Source of the DNA: an uncultured Chloroflexia bacterium
GTDB taxonomy: Bacteria; Chloroflexota; Anaerolineae; Anaerolineales; Villigracilaceae
Reading direction: 5' to 3'
Assembly: GCA_963782935.1 (NCBI GenBank)
Contig: CAWALN010000022.1
Span: 75,531 to 139,530 of the forward strand
Length of the DNA: 64,000 nucleotides
This document shows, piece after piece, positions 52,433-62,295 of this stretch (position 1 is its first letter; every line of letters starts with the position of its first letter). A program made the translations under genes and the position numbers. The notes under the pieces are model-generated. The model had not been told where the DNA came from. It did no database searches and worked only from the letters and a program-made list of their open reading frames with translations.

Positions 52433-52702
52433 ATGATCATAGGTAAAGTCGTCGGTACCATCGTCACTACCCTCAGCCACCGGGACTATAAAAACCGGCG
52501 GCTTCTGGTCGTCCAGCCCATGGGTCTGGAAGGCGAAAAGCCGGACGAGGATTTCATTGCCCTGGATAACACCCAGGCCGGCATCGGCGACACCGTCCTG
52601 GTCAACCGGGAAGGCAACGGCGCCCGCCAGGTGCTTCAAAACCCGGATGCAGCCGTCATTTCGGTCATCGTGGGGATTATCGATTCGGTATATATGGAAT
52701 AA
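52433..52702 (+). CDS. BMC vertex pentamer protein (BMC-P) 3
   Basis: MIIGKVVGTIVTTLSHRDYKNRRLLVVQP..ALDNTQAGIGDTVLV..GNGAR. Confidence 0.85.
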   Translation: MIIGKVVGTIVTTLSHRDYKNRRLLVVQPMGLEGEKPDEDFIALDNTQAGIGDTVLVNREGNGARQVLQNPDAAVISVIVGIIDSVYME

Positions 52703-52798
52703 TAGTTGGGTTTTTATTGCTAGGGCGAGCCACCGGCTCGCCCAATTTTTTTTTATAGCAGTAAAATTAGAACAATCGCCCATCGAGGAGGAGAGTCC

Positions 52799-53594
52799 AT
52801 GGACATGCAGCTCAAAGATAAAGTCGCCGTCATCACCGGCGGGAGCAGCGGCATCGGGGAGGCCGTCGCCAACGCCCTCGCCCGCGAGGGAGTCCAGCTT
52901 GTTCTCTGCGCCAGGGATAAGGAACGAGTGGAAAAAACGGCCCGGCGCATCACGGAGGAATTCAAGGTCCGGGCCTTTGGATTCTCAACGGATGTATCCA
53001 ATCCTGCCGATATTGCCGGTTTGCTCGATGATATTCGCATTCGCTTTGATGGGGTGGATATCCTCATCAATAACGCCGGCGCGGGCACCAATGAGACCAT
53101 CCTGGACGCGCCGGATGAAAAGTGGCAGCATTTTTGGGACCTGCATGTCATGGCCGCCGTGCGTCTGGCTCGCGGTCTCGTCCCGCTGATGCGCCTGCGC
53201 GGTGGCGGGGTCATCTTGAACAATGCCTCCATCTGCGCCAAGCAGCCCCTTTATTACGAGCCGATCTACAATACCACCAAAGCCGCCTTGATGATGCTCT
53301 CCAAGTGCATGGCCAATGAGTTCATCAAGGATAAAATTCGCGTCAATTGCATTAATCCCGGGCTGGTGCTGACTCCCGACTGGATCAGCACGGCCAAGAA
53401 ACTGACCGCCGAGACCGGAGCCACCTGGGAATCCTATCTCGAAAAGATTGCCACCGAATTCGACCCCCATTGGCCGCTTCGCCACGCCGGAAGAATTGGC
53501 GGAGTTCTTTGTCTTCCTCTGTTCCCCCCGTTCCAGTTACTGCGTCGGTTCCACCTTCTACGTGGACGGCGGTTGGCTCAATTCCCTCGCATAA
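52799..53594 (+). CDS. short-chain dehydrogenase/reductase (frame break near 53465)
   Basis: VITGGSSGIGEA, NNAG, YNTTKAA. The C-terminus ..GRFATPEELAEFFVFLCSP..YVDGGW is in a shifted frame. Confidence 0.8.
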
Positions 53595-53628
53595 ATCGTA
53601 GAAACGACTAAAGTCGTTACTACGATTT
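53593..53628. repeat. hairpin repeat unit / terminator-like palindrome
   Basis: AAATCGTAGaAACGACTAAAGTCGTTaCTACGATTT. Confidence 0.6.
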
Positions 53629-53678
53629 ATGTCCGTTGTGTCAGTCGTGGTGAAGGCCCTTTCTTAGCTCCACCCGTC

Positions 53679-53707
53679 GTGTTCCTTTGTGTCCTTTGTG
53701 TTTAATT
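53679..53707 (+). repeat. tandem GTGTYCCTTT word motif upstream of the Zn-ADH gene
   Basis: GTGTTCCTTTGTGTCCTTTGTGTTTAATT, 26-54 nt upstream of the ATG at 53733. Confidence 0.55.
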
Positions 53708-53732
53708 TCCTTCTCTATAAATCGAGGTACCA

Positions 53733-54757
53733 ATGAAACAAGCCGTTATGACCGCTCCGGGCAAGATCGAGATCCGCCAGGTTGAGTCTCCGAAACCGAA
53801 GCCGGATGAAGTTCTCATCGAAGTCAAGCGCATCGGGGTGTGCGGGTCGGATATCCATGTCTATCATGGGACCCATCCTTACACCGGCTATCCGGTCGTC
53901 CAGGGCCATGAAGTCTCTGGTATTGTGGCTGAAATTGGTTCTGATGTAAAGGATTTCCATCTCGGTGACGTGGTTGTGTTCATGCCCCAGGTCACTTGTG
54001 GGACCTGTTATCCCTGCCGGCATGGGATGGAGCATATCTGCGATAATCTCAAAGTAATGGGTTTTCAGACCGATGGCGCGGCTCAGCAGTTTTTCCCGGT
54101 TCCAGCCAGGCAGGTTCTCAAAGTTCCTGCCCATATTCCCCTGGACCAGGCCGCCATGATCGAACCACTGTCAGTGGCCGTCCATGCACTTTCCCGTTAT
54201 GGGGATGTCCGCACCAGGAAGGTGGTTGTGTTGGGCGCTGGCACCATCGGGAATCTGGTGGCTCAATCTGCGCGGGCCTTGGGGGCCGCCAAAGTGTTGA
54301 TCACGGATATCAGTGAATACAAGCTCGAGAAAGCCCGTCTCTGCGGGATCGATCTGGCTATTAATACCTCTCAGACGAACCTGGGCGAGGCCATCCTGCA
54401 AGAGTTTGGTCCCGACAAAGCTGATGTCATCTTCGAATGCGTCGGTGCCCAGGAGACGATTTCCCAGGCCGTCCAATTTGCTCGCAAGGGCTCCACCATC
54501 GTGGTGGTGGGCGTATTTGGCAGGAAACCGGAGGTGGATCTGGGTTTCGTCCAGGACCGTGAATTGACCCTGACCGGCACGCTCATGTATCAGAAAAAGG
54601 ATTATGAACTGGCTATCCGGTTGATGGCATGAAGGCCAGCTCAATCCTGGAACCCATGATCACCCAGCGGTTCCCGTTTGATGAGTACCTGCAAGCCTAT
54701 CACGCCATCGAGGCTTCCAAGGGCGAGTATCTAAAAGTAATGATCGATTTGGATTGA
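53733..54757 (+). CDS. zinc-dependent alcohol/polyol dehydrogenase, MDR family (frame break near 54632)
   Basis: GVCGSDIHVYHG, GHE.SG, C..C..C structural zinc motif, VLGAGTIG. The tail ..FPFDEYLQAYHAIEASKGEYLKVMIDLD is in a shifted frame. Confidence 0.8.
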
Positions 54758-54791
54758 TTATCGAGACTATCCTCTCCGGCAGCAGCGAACA

Positions 54792-54812
54792 GGAGTGCAG
54801 GCTTCAGCCTGC
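54792..54812 (+). repeat. GGAGTGCAGGCTTCAGCCTGC hairpin repeat, copy 4
   Basis: Identical 21-mer to the one at 52387-52407. Confidence 0.7.
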
Positions 54813-54893
54813 TAGTCTGGGTGTCCAGAGGAACAGCTGCCGGAATGCCATATTTCCCGATATAGATAACTAAATTTAAACAGGAGTCAGAAA

Positions 54894-55676
54894 TTGTCTG
54901 ATCTTTGTCTGCTGGGCGCTTTGGCAGGGGATGTGATCGGTTCGATCTATGAATTTGAACATTTCAAGAGTATGGATTTTCCGCTGTTCTCTCCAAACTC
55001 TCATGCCACCGATGACAGCTTCCTCACCCTGGCAGTCGCCGATGCCATTCTCAAGCAGGGGAGCTACCACGATGCCATCCTCTCTTATGCCCGTAAATAT
55101 CCCAGCAGCTATGGGGGGAACTTTCGGGTCTGGATGAATTCCAGTGTTCCCCGCCCTTATGCCAGCCTGGGGAATGGGTCCGCCATGCGGGTCAGTCCGG
55201 TCGGCTGGGCTTTTGATACCGAGGCAGAAGTTTTGCAGGAGGCGGAAAAAAGTGCGGCCGTTACGCATAGCCATCCTGAGGGGATAAAAGGCGCCCAGGC
55301 GGTAGCCCTGGCAATCTTCCGCGCTCGCAAGGGTGCCAGCAAAGCTGAAATTCGCCTGGAAACCACTCAGCGGTTTGGCTACGATCTCAGCCGCTCGATC
55401 GACGAGATCCGGCCCGGCTACGGGTTTGATGAGACTTGCCCGGGAACTGTACCGCCGGCCATTACCGCCTTCCTGGAATCGGTGGATTTTGAAGACGCCA
55501 TCCGCAAAGCCGTTTCCTTGGGCGGGGATGCCGATACCCTGGCAGCGATCACGGGTTCGATTGCAGAAGCATTTTATGGGGGGGTTCCGGCTGGCATACA
55601 GGAGGAATTACCGCAGCGAATTCCAGCGCAATTATGGGAGGTGGTGTTATTATTCAGTCAGAAATATGCCTGCTAA
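54894..55676 (+). CDS. ADP-ribosylglycohydrolase family protein
   Basis: GALAGDVIGS, TDDS, GNGSAMR, GGDADTLAAITGSIAEAFYG. Confidence 0.8.
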   Translation: MSDLCLLGALAGDVIGSIYEFEHFKSMDFPLFSPNSHATDDSFLTLAVADAILKQGSYHDAILSYARKYPSSYGGNFRVWMNSSVPRPYASLGNGSAMRVSPVGWAFDTEAEVLQEAEKSAAVTHSHPEGIKGAQAVALAIFRARKGASKAEIRLETTQRFGYDLSRSIDEIRPGYGFDETCPGTVPPAITAFLESVDFEDAIRKAVSLGGDADTLAAITGSIAEAFYGGVPAGIQEELPQRIPAQLWEVVLLFSQKYAC

Positions 55677-55761
55677 AGTATTGCCCCTCGGAAAATTAAA
55701 TTTCCAAGAAATCCTAACGACAAGTAAAATTGGTGGTTGATGCGTTTCTTTATTTTCCATA

Positions 55762-55789
55762 GTGTCCCTTGTGTCCTTTGTGTTTAAAT
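55762..55789 (+). repeat. tandem GTGTCCYTT word motif upstream of the GAF-HD-GYP gene
   Basis: GTGTCCCTTGTGTCCTTTGTGTTTAAAT, 34-61 nt upstream of the ATG at 55823. Confidence 0.55.
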
Positions 55790-55822
55790 GTTTCTTTTTT
55801 CCGCCGTTGAACGGAGAGATCC

Positions 55823-56920
55823 ATGGAAGAAGTAAAAACTCTCAGCCTCACCCCTGATCTACGCCACAAAGTAAAACAACTGGAACGGTTGATGGCGATC
55901 AATCTTGTCATCACCTCCACTTTGGACCTGGATCACGTCCTCGACCTGATCATTGCCAGGGCGGTCGAGATGCTGGAATGCGAAGCCGGCAGCATCCTCC
56001 TGTACGACCCGGAAAAAAGATGTCTTTCCTTTGCAGCTTGCACCAACGCAGATCCCCGGTCTCTCAAGGATATCCCCATCCCCATGAGCGGCAGCCTGGC
56101 AGGGGAGATCTTTACCGGTAACAAGTCGCTGATCGTGAACCGGGTCGATCAAGATCCTCGCCATGATCCGATGGTGGGGCGCCAAATGAATTTCCAGACG
56201 AAATCCCTCCTGGGCGTTCCGATGCAGATCCAGGACCGGGTTATCGGCGTGTTGGAAGCTCTCAATAAAAAAGGCGGTTATTTTACTGCTTCGGATAGTG
56301 AAATCCTGGCTGCCATAGCCTGTCAGGCCGCCGTTGCCATAGAAAACGCCCAATTGGTGGAAGCCCTCCAGGAGGCCTACGACTCCACCCTCGAAGGGTG
56401 GGCGGCTGCGTTGGACCTGCGGGATAAGGAGACCGAAGGCCATTCCCGCCGCGTGACCGAGCTGACCATCAACCTGGCCCGCGCCATGGGTGTGGAGGCG
56501 GAACTTCCCCTTTACCGCCAGGGCGCTCTCTTGCATGATATCGGCAAAATGGCTATTCCGGATAGTATATTGTTGAAAGCCGGGCCCCTTTCCGAACATG
56601 AGCAGGAGATCATGCAGGAACATCCCAAATTTGCCTATGACATGCTTTACCCCATTAAATCTCTCCGCCCGGCCCTGGATATTCCCTATTGCCATCACGA
56701 AAAATGGGACGGTAGCGGCTATCCGCGTGGGTTGAAAGGTGAGGCGATCCCCCTGGCAGCCCGGATCTTCACGATCGTGGACGTCTGGGATGCTCTCCGG
56801 ACGGATCGATATTACCGCAAGGCCTGGCCAAAAACGACAGCCATGGCCTATATTCGCGAGCAATCCGGCCGGTTTTTCGATCCGGGAATAGTTAATCCAT
56901 TTCTGAACATGGTGCAATAA
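55823..56920 (+). CDS. GAF + HD-GYP domain protein (putative c-di-GMP phosphodiesterase)
   Basis: GAF-like N-domain. HDIGK and HHEKWDGSGYPRGL motifs. Confidence 0.85.
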   Translation: MEEVKTLSLTPDLRHKVKQLERLMAINLVITSTLDLDHVLDLIIARAVEMLECEAGSILLYDPEKRCLSFAACTNADPRSLKDIPIPMSGSLAGEIFTGNKSLIVNRVDQDPRHDPMVGRQMNFQTKSLLGVPMQIQDRVIGVLEALNKKGGYFTASDSEILAAIACQAAVAIENAQLVEALQEAYDSTLEGWAAALDLRDKETEGHSRRVTELTINLARAMGVEAELPLYRQGALLHDIGKMAIPDSILLKAGPLSEHEQEIMQEHPKFAYDMLYPIKSLRPALDIPYCHHEKWDGSGYPRGLKGEAIPLAARIFTIVDVWDALRTDRYYRKAWPKTTAMAYIREQSGRFFDPGIVNPFLNMVQ

Positions 56921-56939
56921 ATTGGATGTGATCTCACCC

Positions 56940-56966
56940 GCGAAGGTTCCGAACCTTCGCTTTTCG
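56940..56966 (+). terminator. rho-independent terminator
   Basis: GCGAAGGTTC/GAACCTTCGC hairpin followed by TTTTCG. Confidence 0.6.
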
Positions 56967-57179
56967 TTTATTATCTACTGCTGCACATTTCCTTATCTCT
57001 AGATAAACTCTTCCCAGGATAGAGAAGAGTTCTTGTGTCGTTGCGAGAGCGGCGTTCCTTGCCGGACGTGGTATTCTCCGTTCTCTTATGTGATTGCATC
57101 TTCAAGCAAGAAATACATCATGAATTTGTGCCGCTCCTTTGTCATATTCTTTCATCTTTTTTGATGACAAACTACCTGC

Positions 57180-57207
57180 TTGACAGATGAAACATACGAT
57201 CTAATAT
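57180..57207 (+). promoter_or_regulatory. sigma70-like promoter (TTGACA, 16-nt spacer, TAATAT) about 500 nt upstream of the GH25 gene
   Basis: TTGACA at 57180-57185, 16-nt spacer, TAATAT at 57202-57207. Confidence 0.4.
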
Positions 57208-57712
57208 AAATGTATGAGACATTTTTCCAATTTCCTCATGGCCTGTTTGGTAGTGGCACGAGATCTCGTGCCCTACAGCGATGTGCAACACGTTTACACC
57301 GCCAAAACCCGCTCCTTCCAGCCGTATCGAGCGATCATCTCTGTGGCAAATGGATTTATCGCCGGTCTTCCTGTTAGGTTATACCCGGATCGCATTCGTT
57401 CCTTCCATGCCTTATTGTGCTCTCCTACAGGGTTCGAACCCGCGTATCGAATACTTTGCAGAATTCTTTTCCGGAGATAATTGTATTTTTGTTGAACCTG
57501 AGGTTCAATTCAGCCCGAATATCACCTCTCGAATATCATTCAAGGAAATCTGGTCATAAAGTCAACTGAAAATGGCGCAAGACAATGGTTGGCAACTGAA
57601 TCCAATCATGCGATAATAAGAATGGATTTTTCCTGGATATCTTTTTAATCAATTCGACGAATTTTCTTCGCTCTGGATCCATGGATCCGGACTCCACCCA
57701 AAGAGGAGGATC

Positions 57713-59011
57713 ATGATAGCTAATCCAAGACTGGTGATCGATGTCTCTCATTACGATGATCATCTGGACGCCAAATTATTGAAAGATGCCGGCGTCGCCG
57801 GGGTGATCGTGAAAAGCGGAACCGGCATGCAGCGGGACGATAAGTTCGTCGCCCATGCCCAGGCAGTCGTGGAGGCGGGCTTGATCCTGATGGCGTACCA
57901 CTGGGATGACATCATCTATGATCCCGTCCAGCAGGCCATGTGGGCCATCGAAGATATTGCCTCCACCGGCCTGCCGGTCAAGTTCATCTGGGCCGACCAG
58001 GAGCAGTGGTGGACCAATTGGACTGCCTGGATGGCCGCTCGCAAAGGCGAAATGCCATATAGCGCCGTGCCGCATGCTTCCCCGGCCAATATCAGCCTGC
58101 ATAACAGTAAATTCGCGTATATTCTGCATGCCCTCTATCCTCAGTCCGGCGTATATTCCAATTACGGGTTTGTCACCTCCTGGGCTCCGCCGATCAAGGA
58201 CTGGCTCGGCCAGTATCCCTTATGGATCGCTCATTATGGTCACCAACCTAAGATACCCATCGACTGTACCTGGGTCGGCCTGATGAAGGAATGGCTTCCG
58301 AATTATCCATTATTGCTCCCCCCTGGCAGCAAGGAAGAATGGGTCTTTGGGCACCAATTTACAGGGGATGCCCTCCGCCTTCCCGGCATTTATGACGCAG
58401 CCAATCACGCCATGCTTACAGATGTCAGCATCTTTTCTGAAGAATTCCTGAATATTATCTCGGGCGGGAATGTACCTCCCAAGCCCCCGGTCAACCCCGA
58501 CCCGCCGGTTCCGCCGGTAGGGGCCACGGCATATTATGTAAATGTAGTCGCCTTGAATATCCGCAGCGGTCCGGGAACGACCTATCCCCTCGTCGGGACG
58601 CTGATCCGCAATACGACCGTACAGATCGACCGGATGCAGGATCAATGGGCCCACATTGCCGGTACGGATAATTGGGCATGGGGACCGTATCTCACCCCGG
58701 TGGGTCCGATCGTACCCATCGTGGAACCTGGACCGGCAGATCCACCGGTTGTTCCACCGGTGGACCCGACGCCGCCCGTCGTGACCCCCGGTCCCGGGGA
58801 ACCTCCGGTGGATGACACACCGGATGCGCTCAATAAATATTTCGTCAATGTGCCGGCCGTTAATGTGCGTGGTGGGCCCGGTATCGAGAATCCGATCGTC
58901 AAGAAGCTGTATAAGAATGCGCAGGTCACCGTGACCGAGATCCAGGGTGAATGGGCTCATCTGGACGATGACACGTGGGTGTTCTCGGCCTATCTTTCTC
59001 CGGTAGCCTGA
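57713..59011 (+). CDS. GH25-like muramidase with two C-terminal SH3b-like domains
   Basis: VIDVSHYDD..GVIVKSGTG..AYHW N-domain. Pro-rich linkers. Two repeats Y[YF]VNV.A[LV]N[IV]R.GPG......V..L..N..V. Confidence 0.6.
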   Translation: MIANPRLVIDVSHYDDHLDAKLLKDAGVAGVIVKSGTGMQRDDKFVAHAQAVVEAGLILMAYHWDDIIYDPVQQAMWAIEDIASTGLPVKFIWADQEQWWTNWTAWMAARKGEMPYSAVPHASPANISLHNSKFAYILHALYPQSGVYSNYGFVTSWAPPIKDWLGQYPLWIAHYGHQPKIPIDCTWVGLMKEWLPNYPLLLPPGSKEEWVFGHQFTGDALRLPGIYDAANHAMLTDVSIFSEEFLNIISGGNVPPKPPVNPDPPVPPVGATAYYVNVVALNIRSGPGTTYPLVGTLIRNTTVQIDRMQDQWAHIAGTDNWAWGPYLTPVGPIVPIVEPGPADPPVVPPVDPTPPVVTPGPGEPPVDDTPDALNKYFVNVPAVNVRGGPGIENPIVKKLYKNAQVTVTEIQGEWAHLDDDTWVFSAYLSPVA

Positions 59012-59233
59012 CCCTTTCTTTCCAGTTACCCACCTAAGACAAAGTGGAAGCGGTTTTATGCCGCTTCCACTCGTTTTTTCAACGTGGCGCAGGAGCCATT
59101 TCTGTGTAATAATACCCCCCTGGGCGTAAAAGTACCTCAACAGGAACTTTTTCGAGACCTTTTACGTCCTATATTCTTAGGGTATGCAATCACCGGATAC
59201 CCGCTACCCTATTTTTTTCAACAAGAGGAGATA

Positions 59234-59950
59234 ATGAATAGAACCAGATTGTACGTTTCCACGCTTGTGGCCCTCGGCGCCATCCTTCTAAGTGCTTGTG
59301 GCAGTCCGGCCCCGAAGATCACTCCCACAGCCACCTTGAGTATCGGAGAGATTTCGACCTCCGTTGCCCAAACGGTCATCGCCCAGATCACCCAACAGGC
59401 GCCGACCATTACCGATACTCCCACCATCACCAATACACCTAAATTTACACCTACAGCCTCGACACCCCTTCCGACCAATACCTCGGCTCAACCGACCCCG
59501 GCGGGTTGTGCAAATATGACCTTCGTAAAGGATATCACCATCCCGGATGAGACCCAACTCACGATCGGGTCGCAGTTCACCAAGACCTGGGAAGTAAAGA
59601 ATTCCGGAACCTGCCAGTGGACGACCGGCTTCAAACTGGCCTTTGCATACGGTGATCCCATGAGCGGAACGTCAGTTTCCATGCCCGCCGTGGTTGAAGT
59701 GGGGCAAACGGTCGATATTTCGGTGAATCTGAAAGTTCCCAATAAGGCCAGTAAGCTGACCGGTGTGTGGAAACTTTTCGATGATAAGAACCAGCCCTTT
59801 GGGCCGTATCTGACTGTTGTCATCATTGCTGGAAATGCCACTGCGACTCCTACCGGCACATTCGACCCTCACTTCCGCCCCCACCACGGCAAATACAGCC
59901 ACCGAGACTATGACTCCTACTCCCTGATGAGGTATTCCGGAAATAATTGA
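59234..59950 (+). CDS. lipoprotein with an NBR1-FW-like (Ig-like) domain; 3' end uncertain
   Basis: LLSACGS lipobox, T/P-rich linker, FVKDITIPDETQLTIGSQFTKTWEVKNSGTCQW. A shifted frame at the end gives a T/P-rich tail. Confidence 0.55.
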   Translation: MNRTRLYVSTLVALGAILLSACGSPAPKITPTATLSIGEISTSVAQTVIAQITQQAPTITDTPTITNTPKFTPTASTPLPTNTSAQPTPAGCANMTFVKDITIPDETQLTIGSQFTKTWEVKNSGTCQWTTGFKLAFAYGDPMSGTSVSMPAVVEVGQTVDISVNLKVPNKASKLTGVWKLFDDKNQPFGPYLTVVIIAGNATATPTGTFDPHFRPHHGKYSHRDYDSYSLMRYSGNN

Positions 59951-60009
59951 AAGAGACTTTCCTGGCAGCGAATCGACGATTAATCTGATTCGCTGCCGGG
60001 AAGTGATTT

Positions 60010-60769
60010 ATGAACCTACCCTCGGCTCTACTCGAGATTATTCGCAATTCATCCAGCCTGGCAGCCCTTACCGGTGCGGGGGTTTCGCAGGAATCCGGTC
60101 TGCGGACATTCCGGGATGCTGCGGTTGCAGGCGGGGAAGGGGAGAAGCCCCTGTGGACCCAATATAAGCCTGAGGACCTGGCCACCCCCGTGGCTTTTGA
60201 GCGTAACCCCAACCTGGTGTGGGAGTTCTATGCCATGCGCCGGTTGAAAGCCGGGGAAGTGAGACCGAATGCCGGTCATCTGGCCCTGGCAGAAATAGGC
60301 CGGCGGGTTCCCCATTTTTCTTTGATCACCCAGAATGTCGATGGGCTCCATCAACGTGCCGGCAGCCCGGATGTGATCGAATTACACGGAAATATCACTC
60401 GTGTCCGCTGCACCAATGGTTGTGGCGTGTTTTCCGAATGGACGGATAGTCAGGATGGGGTGCCCCTCTGTCCGAATTGCGGTGCAAAGTTACGCCCGGA
60501 TGTGGTCTGGTTTGGAGAAATGCTGCCCCAGGCAGAACTTCAAGCCGCGGTCGAGGCAGCCCGGAATTGCCAGGTCTTTTTTTCCATAGGCACATCCTCG
60601 GTAGTCCAGCCGGCCGCCTCGTTATCGCTGATGGCCAAACAGTCCGGAGCAGTATTGGTTGAGATAAATCCGGAAATCCACGCCTCTGACCCCGCTGGTG
60701 AATTATTTTTTACAAGGGAAATCCGGAGAAATCCTGCCTGAGCTGGTCAAGCAGGTGTGGTCGCAGTAA
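60010..60769 (+). CDS. cobB: NAD-dependent protein deacylase, Sir2 family (frame break near 60675)
   Basis: GAGVSQESGL.TFRD, QNVDGLHQRAG, C..C...C..C zinc module, GTSSVVQPAA. Confidence 0.8.
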
Positions 60770-60792
60770 GGTCTTATTATGAATTCATTGAT

Positions 60793-60835
60793 TAATAACC
60801 GAATGCGGTGCTCCAAGCACCGCATTCGGTTATTA
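60793..60835. terminator. bidirectional 20-bp-stem hairpin terminator
   Basis: TAATAACCGAATGCGGTGCT-cca-AGCACCGCATTCGGTTATTA between convergent cobB and GH13. Confidence 0.75.
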
Positions 60836-60841
60836 GAAAGT

Positions 60842-62240
60842 TTACGAGCCCTGGCCTAGCCAGACTCCACTCCACGCAGGCAGCTCCAATTTGATTTTGC
60901 CATCCGCCACAGTATATTTCTGTCCCTCCAGCAGGTTTTGAATGGTACGCCCATTTTCCCATTTTAATTTGGAGCAGGGAATGCTGATCCGGTGTACCTG
61001 TCCGGTGGGATTCATGGCCATGACAAAACTCTCCTCACCGAGGCTGCGTGCATATGCATATACATTTTCTTCCGCAACCAGCTGGATAAAATCTCCGTGA
61101 CGTAAAACCGGCATCCGTTTGCGTAATGCAATCAGCCTTCTGATCCACTGGCTGATCTCACGGTTCCAGGTAGTTTCTTTCCATGGGAATGCCCGCCTAC
61201 AATCCGGATCCTTCTCGCCTTCGAGCCCGATTTCGTCACCATAATAAACTGCCGGTGCCCCTGGGAATGCCATTTGGAACTGGAACGTCAGCTTGGTCTT
61301 GGCAATATCGTTTCCCATCAGCGTTTTGATCCGTTCGGTATCATGCGAGCTGAGCATGAAATACATGGCGTAAATATTCTCACGTTTATACGCCTTGAAG
61401 AACCGTTCCACCCGCTCATTGAACTGGAAGAGATTTTCCTTCCCTTGCAAGAGAGGGATCAGGGCGTCCCGGATGGGATAGTTCATCAGGCCGTCAAAGT
61501 GAGTATCGTTAACCCAGCGCGGGTTGACATCCCAGATTTCACCGACCAGATAGGCATCCCGGTTGGCCGATTTGACTACGTGGCGGAACTCCTCCCAAAA
61601 TGCATCGTCGTTGATCTCGTTGGGCACATCCAATCTCCAACCGTCTGCACCTTGTTCGATCCAATAGCGAGCCACATTGAGCAAATACTTCCGGACTGCG
61701 GGAGTATCTGTGTTAAATTTGGGGAGAGACTTGTTGTTCCACCAACCCATATAGTTGGGCGAATCCCCATTTCCATACGGCATCCAATGGAAACCGGCTA
61801 ATGTGGAACCAGTCCTTGTAAGCGGAATTGACACCATTCTCCAGGACGTCAATGAATGCAAAGAAGCCCCGTCCGCAATGGTTGAACACGCCATCCAGGA
61901 TCACCCGGATGCTGTTGCGGTGAGCCGCATCGATCAGATCACGAAAATCTTGAAATGTTCCCAGCTTGGGATCTATTTGGTAATAATCACTGGTGTTATA
62001 GCGGTGGTTGGAAGTAGCCGCAAAGATTGGATTTAGATAAATGGCGTTGACGCCCAGGCCCATTATGTAATCCAGGTGTTGCAGGATGCCGCGCAAATCT
62101 CCGCCCTGGAACCCCCACAGGGTAGGTGGGGAACCCCATGGTTGAACGTTTTGCGGATCGTTGCGAGGATCTCCGTTGGCGAAACGGTCCGGGAAGATCT
62201 GGTAAAAAATGGCATCTTGAACCCAATAGGGTGTACTCAT
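60842..62240 (-). CDS. GH13 alpha-amylase-family enzyme (frame break near 61795)
   Basis: [36 protein letters not shown] conserved regions I-IV. Confidence 0.85.
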
Positions 62241-62295
62241 TTACTGTATTAATCCAATCCTGTAATGAAATAATTGAAAATGTGCCGGGAGCATT

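Noticed and set aside
57425-57450. GGGTTCGAACCC resembling a tRNA or tmRNA T-arm.
   Set aside because: It is just a TTCGAA-centred palindrome. The flanking sequence gives no 5-bp T-stem, acceptor stem or CCA context on either strand.
57208-57712. c-di-AMP (ydaO-type) or c-di-GMP riboswitch upstream of the cell-wall hydrolase.
   Set aside because: I could not find the conserved cores I remember for these classes (e.g. GGGGACCCA / GGGGUGAAUC for ydaO). An Infernal scan is still needed.
54894-60769. ADP-ribosylglycohydrolase plus Sir2-family protein as a possible ADP-ribosylation or NAD-depleting defence module.
   Set aside because: The two genes are about 4.3 kb apart and separated by unrelated genes and terminators. 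The Sir2 protein has the ordinary CobB deacylase motifs and zinc module.
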